From NCBI GenBank assembly GCA_000708835.1, contig DF236978.1:62001-126000 (forward strand): a DNA stretch of 64,000 nt. Reading direction: 5' to 3'. This DNA comes from Klebsormidium nitens. Lineage: Eukaryota > Plantae > Klebsormidiophyceae. Below the pieces are notes generated by a model, which was not told the origin of the DNA, did no database searches, and saw only the letters and a program-made list of their open reading frames with translations. A program made the position numbers and the translations under genes. Of the stretch, positions 1 through 15,200 are shown in pieces; position 1 is the first letter of the stretch; the number at the start of each line of letters is the position of its first letter.

Positions 1-112
1 GAAAGGGTTTGGTATTGGAGCAAAGCCCCCATCAGCCGCGGGGCTGGATGGGGTTGAAGCAGCGGGCACGCAGCATGGCACTATAAAAAGGAGGACAGAT
101 AGTGACGGCGCA

Positions 113-3100
113 ATGGACATGGAAATTGAGCACGGACGATCAGGTTTGGGGCCTGGTGCCCTGGGGAGCTCTCACATGGGGACCTCTGGGAGTGCTGCTA
201 ACCTGTCGAGGAAGAAAGCCGTTCCTCCTCAACCTGCCAAAAAGCTGGTCATCAAGCCCTTCAAAGGTGGGGTGCAACCAAGCACAGGTCTACATTCTCC
301 ATCATTCAGGAGAAGAGCTGACGGCTTTGCTTAGTTGAAGGGATCAGTGGTCGTTGCTCCAGCATGCTTATGTCTTGTCTTTCAGTGTAGCTACGTCACA
401 AGCAAGCTACTGCTTCTGATGTGTCCACTTAAGGATGGGTTAACCTGTCAGCATTTAACGGTGCAAGAAGAATTTCTTTCAGCCATTGATTGGAGAGGCT
501 GACTGGCGGTTGCATGGTATATTCTTTTCGCAGAGAAACCCAAGCTGCCGGTGGACTTTGAGGAGAAAACATGGTCTAAATTGAAGGAGGCCGTCAAGGC
601 GGTGCATGAGAAGAGGCGCATCGAGTACAGCCTGGAGGAGCTTTACAGGGTCAGTTAACACATCTTTGCCCCTTTGGGATGTCAATGTTGCAGTTGACTT
701 CTTTGATGGATTCGAAAGGTGCGCTTATCACTGTTGAATGAAGCTTCTAAATGATTCGCGCTCCTAGGTTACTCTTCTGGATCGCTTAGCCTCATGCAGC
801 GTCCAAGTCCATTCCGCACTGCAGTTGCATTTGCAAGCTTGCAGTTGCACCTGTAATCATTTCAAGGTTTTGGAGGTTGTGGGACTTTAGTTTTGATGCA
901 AACTTGCAATTGTCAAGCATGCTGAGTTTTCGTCTACCCCAGCTCTGACTGCAACAGTCTTCAATTTCGAATGCAGATGACTACCTCCTTATATGATTGC
1001 TGTGTTTGCTGACTGTACTGCCTTGGCAATCAATCAACCCCAAAGTTTAACCATGATGTGGAGCGACTGACTGGCACCATCATGCAACTTTCTCGAGCCG
1101 CCTTTCCATCGTCGAGAGCCGTGTTTTTGGGAAGCTTTGTGCCCCATCTTCAGTCTGACATATGCATTACTTCTACGCTGTTCTTCAGGCGGCGGAGAAC
1201 ATGTGTGTGCACAAGATGGCGAGCAAACTGTACGCACGGATCCAACAGGAATGCGAGGCCCACATTGCAGCCAAGCTCCTGAGCCTTGTCGGGCAGACGC
1301 TGGATCCAGTCGTCTTCCTGGGCCATGTTGATGCCACTTGGCAGGACCACTGCGAGCAGATGGTAAGCATTATGACTGAACTTAGTCTCTGTGTTGAGCC
1401 TGGTTCAATAGCAGGTCTGATGAATACTGAGAATAAGTTGGCAAGCAGCTGCCATAGAATCATCAAGTCTTTCCTAGTGATGAGTGTTTCAACCTCATGA
1501 TGCACCAGATCATCCGAGTTGTGGTTGTTTCCAGGTGCTCCTTTCTCGCTGCATTCTGACAAGTGCGCCAACCTCCTCCTTGCAGCTTATGATACGGAGC
1601 ATAGCTTTGTACCTGGACCGTACTTATGTCATTCAGACCACCAACGTACGCTCCCTGTGGTGAGCAGTTCTGAGCCTCGCATGTTCATAAAAGTACCGGA
1701 GATACGGAGCTTTCATTCTTTGACTGAGGTTGCGGTCGGCTGCTATGAGTTCAGTTCGATGTTGCCTGCATCAAGAATGGCGCATTGGTATTTGTACTGA
1801 CGTCCTTTGAGTTTGTTTTGAATAGGGACATGGGCCTCCAGCTGTTCCGGAAACACTTGGCTGCGGTTCCTGAAGTGGAGGGAAAGACAGTGAAGGGCCT
1901 CTTAACATTGATTGAGCGTGAGCGGTAAGCATCGACCCTCCCCCCCAGGACACAAAGCTTTCTGTCACTTTTGTGTTTCCTCTGCAGATAATCTGCGTGC
2001 AAGGCTGGATGTTGTTAAGATTCCTGCGGCAATTGTCCGGATCTGTTTGAAGTAGGATTTGAAAACACGGATACCAAGATTTTCCCCTTGAAAAGTCCCT
2101 TCTCGTCTTCTGCAGGATGGGCGAAACGGTGGACAGGGCTCTGCTGAAGAACCTGTCTCGAATGTTTACAGCACTGAATATCTACACGGAAAGGTGCGAT
2201 GATGCCGCCTTGCTTTTGATGATCGGAGCTTGTGCTTTTATCGACGGGTTTCGGTGGAATTCTCTGGCGAAATCCAGATTACAGTATGCGAAGATGGCTA
2301 TCCTTTGTCGGAATGCTGGGAGTGTAATCTTTATCCAACCTTCCGAAGAGCGTCTTTCGACTGGTTAGAACCTGCCCTTGCCCTCAGCACCACTTCACCC
2401 AACGTCTGCCTTCACTTATAACTTCCAGTCATTCATCGTCAAAAATATGAGCAGCTTTCAGAGGCACGTTTCTTCCTCTGCTTTGGAAGGCCTTGAATCG
2501 GAACTTCTCATCTGCTCTCTTACCCCTCATGAGGCGTTTGAGGATTCAACTTTCAGACACGCTTTCCAAGGTCACTGCCTTGCCGCCACCTTTGAAGAGC
2601 CGTTTTGGAGGAGGCTGCACAGCAGTATGTGAAGCGCACCTTGCCACAACGCTCCTCATGCCCATGCTTGCATTCGCCCTACCTTTCGGGCCTCCCAATA
2701 TGGTACTTAAACACGCCTCTGAGCCTTTTCTGTCGGATGCAGCTTTGAGAAGCCGTTCCTGGAGGAGACGGCAGCGTTCTATCTAGCGGAGGGCACGCGG
2801 TACATGCAGCAGACAGACGTCCCGGACTACCTGAAGCACGTCGAGGCGCGGCTGCACGAGGAGAATGAGCGCTGCCTGCAGTACCTGGACGCGGCCACGC
2901 GCAAGCCGCTCATCACCGCCGTCGAGGCGCAGCTGCTCTCGCAGCACGTGAAGCCCATCCTGGAGAAGGTGCGGACTGCTCGACAGAGCTAGTGTCAAGA
3001 TTGACAAAACTTCCCCTTAAAGATAAGAAACGAAAGGGATAGGGAACCCCTTAACTTGAATATGGACTCGAAAGGAGTCTTGTTTCTCTAGAACAGATTT

Positions 3101-6100
3101 CTGGCTTCAGGCATGTGCTGAGCGTCTACAGCAAACAAGGCTGCCCCCGCATTCGTGGCCGCTTGGTGTCACTGTCCTTTGGTGGTAGGACCATTTTCTC
3201 TGTAGGATGCGAGAGAACCACCTCGAACGTTCCGCCCGTCGGATGCACTTCTTTCCAATCCACTCACCAGCTCGTGTGCAGATAGTGCACTTTTCCACGA
3301 TCTGTTTTCTCATACCGGGTCGACATGTGAGCACGGCCAGACGATGCTCCTTTTGGCTTGGTATGATACTTGGCCCCCGTTACTGTCTCGCCGACGCTTT
3401 TAATGCTTTCCGCAGGGCTTCAACGTGCTGATGGACGGGAACCGGGTCGCGGATCTGCAGCGAATGTATGGCCTCTTCTCGCGGGTGGGGGCGCTCGACG
3501 TGCTGCGGCCCGCGTTCACTTCCTACGTCAAGGTTACTGGCCAGGCGGTAAGTCCTGTCCGCCCATTTTAGTATGCGTATCACTTGGTGATCCTTTCTGA
3601 GCATCGGGCAACCCTTTTTTCCTCATTGAAAGGAACAAGCGCGACGGAACATGGGCGACGATACAAGGGGCTGACACAAGGACGGTTTCGTGTGCAGTCG
3701 TTGGATCAGTACGCAGGTAGTTCTAGCCGTCCGGCCCTTCCTAGCAGAAGGTCATCTCGGTTTCTTCTCACCTCCTTTTCCAATTCAATAAAGAACTTTG
3801 TGCGCTTTGCCATAACGCTGTCGCCTTGCCGGTGGTTGCAGCTTGTTTCGGACGAGGAGAAGGACAAGGAGATGGTCTCGAACCTGCTGGACTTGAAGGC
3901 AAAGCTCGACAACATCCTAGTGCAGAGGTGAGAGACCGAGACGGCTCAGTTTACATTGATTCAGAAGACGCTATCGAAGATGGAGATTGATCACTGTTTC
4001 TATCTGTTGTTGAGGCTGCGAAGTCTCTATGGAGTCGCCGTCTTGTATCTCGTGACCTTTAATCAGGCGGTCCTAAGAGAGCTGCTAATTACGAATTTTC
4101 TTACTTCATACTTCAATTATCGTGCCGAAGGCACTGCTGGGATCAAAAGGCGGTCACCAGATTGCCGACGTCCTTGCATCCCCTAAAGGTTTCAATAATG
4201 CTGTGGCTCTTTTCATGATCAAATAAGCACCCAGGTTCGCTTTTTGACGAAGATTCTCTTCTAATCTGACCACATGTCTCTGCGTCTTCGCAGCTTCGCT
4301 GGGAACGAGGCGTTTGGCAACTCCCTGAAGGAGGCGTTCGAGCACCTGATCAACGTGCGGCAGAACCGGCCCGCGGAGCTGATTGCCAAGTACATAGACG
4401 CCCTGCTGCGCGCGGGGAACAAGGGTGCGTCCGACGAGGAGCTCGAAGCGACGCTCGACAAAGTGCTCGTGCTCTTCAGGTTCATTCAGGTGAGGCTTCT
4501 TTTGCTTCTGTGACTTGCCATCCTTCTGCAGGTCCACGCTTCTCGGCCTAGTGGGGAGTACACCGTGTCCGTTGTTGATGAGAGTCCCGGATTTCATGGC
4601 CCTGTCTCTGAGACTTTACGTACTTCTGGCACTGACAGTCATGCACCCTCAATCTGGATCGTGAGAGGAGTTGAGGCGTTTTGTCACTGAATTTGAGGCG
4701 TGCGGTTGTCATGTATGCACTACAAAGATAGATCAACAAGTATATTACGGAAACAGAGACTTCACAATATTGTCACGGCAGTCATAACTCAGAACCGCTT
4801 TCCGCTTGAGGTCGGCCCCCTCAATGTTGAAACCTGTACTCGCATCGTTATGTCGCCTTTCGGCATTGCAAGGAGACCAAGAGTCTTCTGCGGGCTGTGC
4901 TTGCGTTGGGACGGGCAGCCTCGTGTTTTTGGCACGCTGACGTCATGTGTGCATCGGCTGTGCAGGGCAAGGACGTGTTCGAGGCCTTTTACAAGAAGGA
5001 CCTGGCCAAGCGGCTGCTCATCGGCAAGAGCGCGTCCATTGACGCCGAGAAGTCCATGATCTCGAAGCTCAAAACGGAGTGCGGAAGTCAGTTTACAAAC
5101 AAACTAGAGGGCATGTTTAAGGTAAGTGCCGCCAAGTCTCCTCTGCGCTTTTTACATACAATTCCAACTCCATGCTCGACCTTGGTCACAGACGCTTCTT
5201 GGTGACCGCTCTGAATTTTTACTATCGCCTTCCTCTGCACCCTTGCGTTGCTTTGGGTTGTCTTCGCATCACCCTGAATTCATTCCTTCTCGCTGGTTTT
5301 CTTTCGCAGGTTCCTCCTTATTTGCGGTTCCGGTTCTTATGACGTATTTTTTTCTCGGCCCTCTGCAGGACATCGACCTGTCCAAGGACATCATAGAGTC
5401 GTTTAGGGAGTCGACGCTGGCGCGCACGAAGCTGCCGAGCGGCATCGAGACAAGTGTACATGTACTCACCATGGGATACTGGCCGTCCTACACGCCTGTA
5501 GATATGAAGTTGCCAAACGAGCTCAACGTGTACCAGGTACGTGGCCCAGCGTCTTTGCCCCTGATCCTGATTCTCCACTCCAAGAGCCAGTCGATCCGTT
5601 GCTTTTATTCCATGCTCGTCCTTAATCTTCGGATCAACATCGGACCAAAACTGGCGTTTGAATTAGGCTGCAGCCAGCATGCCGCTTGGTATAAAACTCG
5701 TGCACGGCCTGGGGCGCCGAAGCTTGTGCGCTAGGTGTCGTGTTGTTGTCCCATTTCTGAGCACAACGCGAGTAATCTTATGTCTGCGCCTGCCACGGTC
5801 TTCAAGTGCGCTGGCTTTCTTTGGAGGCTTACTTCTACTTGCGAGTCTATCACGTTTCAGTGATGTCGCAGCTTGCAAATCACGCATCCCTTTCGGCTTG
5901 CCCCTGAGCACTTTCTGGAATCCTGCTCTTCTGTTTATTTTTAAATCTATCTCCGAGCCAAAATCCACCAAAGCTTTATCACTAAACCGACCCGCGCCAA
6001 CTCCTTTTCTCGCGGCTCCTCTCGCCCCCTGTCTCCAGGACGTGTTCCGGGAGTTTTACCTGAGCAAGCACAGCGGGCGGCGGCTAATGTGGCAGAACTC

Positions 6101-8252
6101 GCTGGGGTCGTGCGTGCTCAAGGCCGACTTCCCCAAGGGCCGCAAGGAGCTGTCCGTGTCGCTCTTCCAGACCGTCGTGCTCATGCTCTTCAACGACACG
6201 GACCGCCTCTCGCTCGCCGAGGTCCGCGACGCGACCGGCATCCCCGACAAGGAGCTGCGCACCACGCTGCAGTCGCTCGCGTGCGGCAAGATCCGGGTGC
6301 TCCTCAAGGTAGGGGTCCTGGGTATGGGGACCGCTGCTTGGAAGGGAGTATGGCGTGGGAGGCGGTTTCGCAGGCCTGCTTCAGACGTGCGCGCAGAATT
6401 TCAGCCGGGCTTCATGGTAGAGAATTGAGGCCTGTCCTTGGAACGGCAAGAATCTACGTATCTTCGGCGTGCTTCACGGCGGAAGGAATCAATACCAACA
6501 AGTTTCGGCAGAGCGAGACGTAACTCCGCACAGGGGTCCACACAGTCATCTGTCAAACCGCCTTGCAGCAAGCCTTGCTAAGCCGCTTCATTCTGGTGTC
6601 TCGTCTTGCCTAGAGGTCCGTAGTGCAGGGAACCTGTTCTCCGGAGAGGCTGGCCGCTCCTCTGGAGCTCACGTTGCTAGTGGAAAATCTTTTCTCTCGC
6701 CTCCGCATTCCTTTCGAGAAAGCAGCAAGACGTTTCTCGATCACAAGTGACGGGCCCGGCCTTATCTGCGCAGACCCCGAAGGGCAAGGACGTGAACGAC
6801 GGGGACGTGTTCGAGTTCAACGGCGACTTCCAGGAGCGGCTGTTCCGCATCAAGGTAAACGCCATCCAGCTCAAGGAGACGCCCGAGGAGAACACCAACA
6901 CCACGGAGAGGGTCTTCCAGGACCGCCAGTACCAGGTGAGGGGGCGCCGCCAGCGGACAAGCTTTCCGGCCTGCAGATTGGATTCACCGCGTCGCAAGGG
7001 ACCTAAACGATGCTTCAGGCCGCACTTGCGTCCGTTAAAGTGGGCGGAGGGCTGCGAGTCAATTGTGGATCGGACGGTTCGAAGACCGTATCGATTTGCT
7101 CGGAGGGTATCTGTTGATTTTTTCCTCTCTCCGTCACGTTCTGAAGTTGACGTCGGTATTACGGCTTACGCCCACTTTGAAAATGCAAACGAGGTTGGTC
7201 TTAGGCTTAAGACCACTTTGAAAATGCGAACGAGGTTGGTCTTACTGGTAGACGAACTTGTATATGTGGCAGCGGTATTGCAGAGTTCAAGCCCCTTGCG
7301 GCTGCTGAAGTGCTTGTCAGCACCCCGGCAAACAATGAGTGCGTGGAAACGCTGTTTTGAGGCGTTTGAGTGTGCTGGCGAGTCCCAAGTCAGAACACAG
7401 ACTTCGTCACTATCTGGCTGTACGTGGCAGCATATGATCAAGGCCTAGGCTTCGAACGAGCATCCTTAAAGATCGAGCGGCCTGGCAAGGAAACTTTGTT
7501 CGTCTCCCAACAGCGGTTTTATGCATACAGCTTGGACGATTGTGCATACACCTTGGCTGTGATGATCAAGAAACAGGTTTTGATTGGCGGTTTGTTGTCA
7601 TTGCTACTGGCTCAAAGTCTCGTGGGGCGGCCTGTCAAGCCTAGATCGGACAGTAAAAGCCATCAGCTTTGCCCTGGTGATGACCTCCATTTGCAGTACT
7701 TGACCAGCTTCTTTCCCCTTGCACAGGTGGATGCGGCAATCGTCCGGATCATGAAGACGCGAAAGGTCTTGAGCCACACGCTTTTGATCACAGAGCTCTT
7801 CCAACAAGTGAGTGCCACGTTGGCAGCCAGCCGGCCGTCTTTGAAACGGTTGAATTCTGGGCAGAAGCTCTTGGATCAGAGATCAGCCTGTATGGTCATG
7901 AGCGTACCTACCTTGGTCAAAGCTGATAACCATATCTGCATGGCGCATGTCAATCCTGCGTTCAACTTGGCCACTGGATCTCGAGCTTCGCATGGAACTC
8001 AATTCAGTGGCTTTCGTCACCTCGGATAGAGGTTTGTCGTGAGCTTCGTGGCAGACCCTCTAAGCATCTGAGCTCGAAATTCGTTTTGCGAGCCAAGCGG
8101 CTTTCCGTGCTGACGTCTTTGCTCCGTTTTTCTTGCAGCTGAAGTTCCCAATCAAGCCCGCAGATTTGAAAAAGCGTATAGAGAGTTTGATCGACCGAGA
8201 GTACTTAGAACGAGACAAAAACAATCCCCAGGTGTACAATTATCTGGCGTAA
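113..8252 (+). CDS. CUL4: Cullin-4 E3 ligase scaffold, 16 exons
   Basis: Exons at about 113-266, 534-649, 1189-1362, 1586-1659, 1826-1924, 2116-2193, 2743-2968, 3416-3547, 3842-3927, 4294-4489, 4966-5121, 5369-5536, 6039-6308, 6774-6935, 7727-7807 and 8139-8252. All are GT-AG and phase-compatible. The protein has plant CUL4 hallmarks: [43 protein letters not shown], the neddylation region [12 protein letters not shown], and the C-terminus [27 protein letters not shown]. Confidence 0.98.
7163..7244. repeat. 41-bp tandem duplication (2 copies) in a CUL4 intron
   Basis: ggctta(cgc/aga)ccactttgaaaatgc(a/g)aacgaggttggtctta occurs twice in tandem. Confidence 0.9.
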
Positions 8253-9273
8253 GAATAGAACGCATGTTTGCGTCATCTATGGGGCGACGAGCATGTCTTG
8301 TCTTGTTCCAGTCTGCGAAATGCTCGAGTTAGCGGCTAGTAATGCACTGCATCTGCCCGGGCCGAGTCGATGACGTTCAATTTTCACCTATATATACTGA
8401 CTACTGAAAGCTGGCACATTAGGGTATAATCGATCCGATGGCTGCGACAAGCCGCAGCAACCGTTGTGGCCACGAGTAAGAGGTCGTGCAGACTTAGCAT
8501 CATGAACATAGTCAGCGGCCGGCTTTGAGAGATCAATCTAGCTGCGGACATGTGGATGACACTGAAAGTTTTCGCGCATGCTCGATCAAAGCAAATTGAT
8601 TGAATCAGCCATTGCAGCATGAAGTACGACGTCTTAACTTTGAGTCGAGAGATCGAAGGATGTTGAGCGACCGTTGGCAACGCAACGGTCATGTTTCGAA
8701 ATCATGCATATATGGGTGTCAACATGGGCTTGATTTCTGTTTACCATGCAATTGCGCATTCATAAGGCCCCAATGCGGCCTTCAAGGAAAGCACGTCTAC
8801 TTGGCAAGGATTGAACACGCTCAGGAGATCAAATGCTCTTCGAGCGGCCTTCTAAACTTTTTGTTGAGTGTTTCCCACTTTACCTTTCTAAATATCGTCA
8901 ACACGCTCCAAGCGGAATTCTCGAGCTCAATTGATTGCAGTATTCACGCAGGCCGGTGTTGCCTGCTGTAAGCCGCAGCTAAGTACTAAGCATCAATAAA
9001 GCAAAGACCTATCAGTAAGTTGTATTCGTTAACATAGTTTTTACTTGTTAATGCGCGTCCGTTATTCTGATCTCGGTCGACCGTGCGCTGCTCGCACAGC
9101 AGCCGTGCCCGGCGTGTAGGTTTGCCACTACTATGTCACATCTTGCTCTCTTACACTCGTTTTATGGCAAGTCTCGCCTTCCTCAAATGACTTGCGAAGG
9201 AGTTCTGAGCGCACCGCTTTTGCACCGAGCCCAGGAAATAACAACCGACGAGTTTCCACAATTTCAGACCCCC

Positions 9274-12200
9274 TTACGTGCCAGGAAGCTCCTGCGCAAC
9301 AGCCACCGCCAGCTTTCCGATGTTGAGGGGCTTCGTGAGGTAGTAGTCCATACCCGCGGCCAGGCACTTGGCCTCGTCTTCCACCAAGGCGTGCGCCGTC
9401 AGCGCCAGGATGCGCGCGCGCTGCTCGCGCGGGATGCCGCGCTCGTGCTCCGCCGCGCGGATGGCGCGGACAGCGGCGTAGCCGTCCATGACGGGCATCT
9501 GGAGTGATCGGAATAGCTAACTTTTGCGGTGTGGTACGTTAAGATTTTGGGCTTTCCCTGTACTTTCGAGATTCAAGTGCTCTGATTTACCTCTGTGTTG
9601 CCAGCACCGGACTCTTAGCCGGTGGAAGGCTCGTCAAACGCTGCTTTGGCGCTTGAGAGGGTCCTAAAAAGGATTATACTTCAAACCAAGGCTTGACAAA
9701 GCTCGTCCAAACTCGAGAACGTCAAGGATGTAAACAAGTAGACTTAAAAGAAAAGAAGCCGCAGCAAATGGTGTGATTACATGGTTTCACAGCAGACGCA
9801 CCAGCAAGAGAAGATGAAGTTACGGAACTTCCTCGTGGACGGTTCAAACGGTCAAGCAAAAATGACAGGGCCGCTGTCGCTCCTTGCCGTTACCAGACCC
9901 GTCGGGTTACGCCGCAACGCAGCAACACCGGCCGACTCCAAATGCTTCTCGCGCAATACTAGTTGGACTCGTGACCACACCCATCAGATCGACGATTGTT
10001 AGATACGAAATGCGCGTTGAACAAGAACGGATTCCGCAGCAGACTTCGAGGTTCACCTGGCAGTCCATCAGGATGAAATCGAACGGCTGCGCGCCGTCCG
10101 ATCTGTCCACGTTGGCGGCAACAACGGCGTCCACCGCCAGCAGTCCGTTCTCCACCGCGGTCACCCGCACGTTGAGCTTGCCCAGGATCGACTGCGCCAG
10201 CTGGCGTAACACCGGCGTGTCCTCTACGACCAGCGCCCTGAACCCCTTGCTCTTGAAAGTGTCAACCGCGAGCTGGGCTTCCGGGCTGAGGCGCCCCCGG
10301 GGCGACCCGTTTTTAGGCGACCCGTTTTTCGAACCGGCCTTTTCCTCAATGCCCAGCCTCTCGAGGACCGGGAGAGCCGCGGAGCGGAGCTCGGGCTCCG
10401 GCTTTAGAGAGTTTGCGGGCGCTTCGAAAGTTTCTGGTGCCGTTGGTTGTGCGTCACGTGGGCTCGACGCGACTAAGAACGCGTCTGGCCGGAAGTTTGT
10501 GTCTCGGGTGACCAACAGAAGGTTGACAGCTGGTTCGTCGGCCAGAGGCGGTTCCGGTGCTACAGAAATACCCGCACTCGTCCTCAAAGGCGAGACCGCC
10601 TCGCCACGTGGACAGCTTCCTTCCTCAGCTCGACACGTGGCAACAAGCTCTTGCAGCGCCCGGCGCACCCCGGATCTAAACAGGGGCTTCTGCACGACCA
10701 GGGCTCCGACAACAGACGTCCGCAGCGCTTGGCGGACCGACTCGTGGACGTCCGCATCTACCAGCCACACAATACGGGGGGCTCCCGTGTCCAGAAGTTC
10801 CCTCGGTAGGTCGCTGACTTCGGTGGAACCGGGCTGTTGTTCGCTTGGGGCATGCCGGTCAGTCGGCGCGACCCTTTCTCCCGAGCTCTTTTCCGTTTCC
10901 GCATCCCCCGCGTTGCTCCCGCCGGAAAGCGCGCGGCGCAGTTCCGCTAAACCCCGCGGCGCATCCGGCACGCCGTCGCTGCCAGGTGGCAGCAAGGCGT
11001 AATCCAACAGGATGAGTGCGAACGCCCCTCTCCGTGACGACTCACCGCTTATCCGGGTCGCGAGGGCTGACGTCGAAAACTCGACGTCCGACGACATGAA
11101 CGGGTGAGCGTCCTCTAGCGAGGACCGCTTTCTCGGAGAAAAAGCTTCAGGGTCCGGCTGATGACCAGGCGCCAAAGTGGGCTCCGACCGGTTGAGCGCC
11201 GCGAGAGCGCCCTCCCAGGAGTCTACTGCCAAAGACGTCCACCCGACCTCTTCCAGAGTCCGCGCCGCGAGCGACGCGCCCACCGCCCCGCGCACGAGAA
11301 GCAGCGCGCGCGCGCCCGGAAACGGGACCAGACGCTTTGGCGTTGCGTTCCCGTGGACAGTGCTAAGCGATCCCAAATTTTGGTCTGTGCTCTGGTTCTG
11401 TTGCGCGTCTGACAATTGGGAGGTGGTTTTACCGGGGGACGTGCCAGAAAAAGGTGTCCGGTTGCTCGGCCCGGTTTCCTTTTCGAGGCACAGGCGGATC
11501 CGGAAGAGAGTACCGGGGCCGACTTTGTCCTCGATCGTGATTGTGCCGCCCATCAGTTCGACGAGCGACTTGACGATGGTTAGGCCTAACCCGGTCCCGC
11601 CATATACCCGGGTTGTGCTAAGGTCGACTTGAACGAAGGCTTCGAACACGGACTGAACGTGGGTTTTGGGGATGCCTGCAAAATCCGGTGCGCAAGTGTG
11701 TCTCGAAACCATCCGCCAGAGAAGGAGCGAGATCTTGTAGCTAATCTTGCCTTGATTTTCACATTCCGCGAAACAACGAGTGCAAGTGCGTGCAAGGAGT
11801 TTAGATCTCCTTCTGTTACAGAGCATTTCTCTTTCGTTGGTCAAACGGTTATGCACTTCTCACTAGAGATTGTCAACTTGTTGCACCAAACCAAATTGGA
11901 GCCAACCAAGGGCCGAAGAGTACAATAAGAACCCTAACCTTAAAATCGACGATTAAGCAGGACATTTGCAGGTCACGTGCACTCATTTACGTCGAGAAGC
12001 GTCAATTGGAAAGTGAGGATTGCCTGCACCGAGCCTTACCGCATCCGGTATCCTCAACTTCGAAGACGAGCCACCCCGCTCTAGTTCCGTCGGGACGTCC
12101 TCGGATAACCACGTAACCCTCCTACAAAGTCAAGGGGACGGCGAAAAACATTCATTTGGGCAGCGGAATATGCTGCCGTGCACTAGCACTGAAGCAATAC

Positions 12201-15200
12201 CTTAATACAGCCGCTTCCGAGTACCTTGCGATCCCGTGCTTGAATCAGTGCCTCAATTTATTTGACAGCAGATTGCTTGCCTTCTTGGCACCATATGTTT
12301 CATTGCGGCAGCTCGTTCAGGAGAAGCTGCAATCGGAATCGATGGGGATGCTTCAGCTCAGGAACCCTCAGCTCACCCGAGTGAATTTGATGGCGTTGCT
12401 CAACAGGTTGGTAAAGATCTGCCGCACTCTGACCGGGTCGCCAATCGTGTGGCCCAGGGTATCTGCCAACGCACGAAATTCGGGAGTCTTGCAAAGTGGG
12501 GCGGCCAAATTACGCATTGCGGTGTCGTTATACAAAATTCAACCCCTTGGATTGCATTTCTGCGAAGCCAGACAACTGAGAGATCCAATCCTGATCGCGA
12601 GCGCTCGTGAGTAGCCTCCTCCCAGTCACCCAAGAGAGTATCACAGTACGTACCAAGGATTAACCAAGGCCCAGCTTTCTCGGGCCAGCGGCTACTGGGA
12701 CGACTGGAGCAAGTCTGCTTCCTACTGTAGCTAATGGAAGCGCAGATCGTAACGGGGTGGCAAGGTAGCTTGGTGCGAAGTCCCACCATCAGAAGCTCTG
12801 ATGAAACGACAACCACCTCTGTGCAATGACTTGGGCGATTCATTGTCAGCCGAGGTTTAGTGACTGGGCGTCCGGAAGTCTTCCATCAATCAAGGTGACG
12901 TGGCTCACCTGGCAGGTCTAGCGCAAGTTCGACGCCCTGCTGCGCGCTTTGCACGGTCATCAACTCAACGAGATCCTCCAGGGTCTCGATCAGGTCGAAG
13001 GGCACGGACTCCAGGTCCATCTTTCCCGCTTCAACCTGAGGATTGGTATTTCAAAATCGGTCACAATAACTGTTACCGTTTTATTACTGAGATGGTTCTG
13101 GCTTGCAAGGGCTTCTGAGGTTGGTACGTGGTACGGGGCGGGTCGACATTTGGCTTTAGGTTTTTGTTTAAATTCAGCTTGCTCTTACTCTTCTAAAACG
13201 GCAATGTTCAAAGCCAAAGAACGGGGGAAAAGCGATGAGTTAAATACACTTGATGCCGCAAGCCCAGTATCTCTGCGCGCCGAGGATTCGAACGGTAGTC
13301 TCAGTATCTTGCTAAGACGGCCATGGAAGTCTCTCAGCTCCAAATAAGGGTTCACCTTGTCAAATGTCAGGATGGGTTATGAAGCCGGCAATCTCGATCT
13401 CCGATGAACATTCCGGACGAAGTGTTCGCCCCGCTTGACGACCTGTTCCGACCATGCTCTGTCTAACCGCAAATCTCTGGATTTCAGTTCCAGATTCCTC
13501 ACCTTGGAGAAGTCTAGAATGTCGTTCAGGATCACCAGCAGCGAGGCCGCGCAGTCGCGGATCTGGAGAACTGCGCGCGTCTGGGGGGGCGCGAGCGAGT
13601 CGTCCAGTAGCAAGTCCAGGAGGCCCAGGATACTGGCCATGGGAGTCCGAAGCTCGTGACTGGAAGAGACACAGAAAGGCTTCAGTAGAGTACTGCGCAC
13701 GCGTAGAGCTCTCGACGAATCCATACGCAAAATTCAGGATGGTCTTATTCAGTTGCAACCACTTCGGCCCTGAGAATGGAAGCAATTCGGCACCTCGACC
13801 CCGACAAATGGGAGAACCGCGGGAAACTCAATTTCAGCTGGCATAAAAAGGTGCAAAATATGGCCACGACGAGACGGGATGCGTGCCCAGCAAATGACGG
13901 CTATGAATTTCAGGAAATGCAAGCACACGTGCGCAGTTGGTGCCATACGGCACCCGATTGCGGCAGAGCGCGCGCGCGCGCCGCTCACACCTCATGTTGG
14001 CCATGAACCGGCTCTTGGTCTCGCTCATGGCCTCGGCGCGCCGCTTCGCCGCCAGCTGCCGGAACAGCTCCCGCTCTAGTTTGATCTCGTTGCTGATGGG
14101 GCTGGTCAGCAGGAACACCATGAACACCCCCAGCAAACCCACCGCAGCCGTACACGTGGCGACCGCGACGATCGTGCGGGTGGCGGTGCGATCAACCGCG
14201 CCCATGAGGCTCCTCCGCGGGTGCGCCATCACGACCGTCACGCGCATCCCGCGGTACGAAAAGCTCTGGGTCTGTACGAAATGCTCCGCCCCCAGGAGGC
14301 GGACGTCCGCGAACGAGGCCACCGCGTCCACGGCCGCGTTGTCCGTCGTTCCGGCAGAACCCACCGAGCGGAGGAACGCGGCGGTGGCGCGGATGATCGG
14401 GATGCTCGACTGCTCGGGGATGACGAACTGAGACACGCCGCCGGACGGGGCGTCTGCACCGGCGGAAGACGCCATCAGGACGCTCCCGTTCGTGACGTAG
14501 ATCGTCCCCTTGTTTAGATCGAGCCCCGCCAGAAAGTCGCTGACCGTGGTGAGGGAGATGAGGCACGTGGCCAGCCCGCGGTGCGTACCGACTCTCGGTC
14601 CGGTATACTCGAACCGGCTGCCGCGCACCAGGTTGGGGAACCCGGTGAGCGCCTCCGGGATGAGGTTCAGAACGGACCCCGAGGGATCCCACATGACGGC
14701 GTCGAAGTCGAACGACTGGATCGCGCGGCAGTCCGCATTGCTGAAGCCGCGGAAGAGCTGGACGGGATGGCGGGTCGCGGTGTCGATGATTGCGAAGTAG
14801 GAGGGCGGGGCAACGTTCCGGGCACTCGACGTGTTGCTGAAGAAGGTGCTGAAGGTTGGGCTGGCCCCCAGGGGCTTGCTGGCGTCCCCCGCGAGGCTGT
14901 AAGAGCCGACGCCGTCCGTCATGCAATACCCGACGCCGGTCATGACCTCGTTGTACTGGACGAAGGAGCCGATGGAGAGCCGCCGGCCCATGCGCTGGGG
15001 AGACGGATGGACAACGGTTCTTTCTACCCTCACAAGGAACAGCCCCTTCAAAACTGCCGTGAGATAGATGCAAGCTCAGAGAAGCTATTAGGGGAAACAT
15101 GGCGCCTTGCATAACGCGTTTCGAAAGTATTATCTGAGCTTACGACCTGATATGATGAAAGTGATGGATACTGAGTGAAGGTACTACGTCGGAGCAGATG

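Noticed and set aside
1477-1559. Box C (GTGATGA) and box D (CTGA) about 80 nt apart in a CUL4 intron
   Set aside because: There is no terminal stem, I recognise no convincing rRNA-complementary guide, and box D is only about 26 nt from the acceptor.
9884-11002. 372-aa plus-strand ORF, and other long ORFs overlapping exons (e.g. 5679-6428, 14192-15112)
   Set aside because: These are antisense or alternative-frame shadows of GC-rich exons, or exon frames running into introns. They have no independent domain signal.
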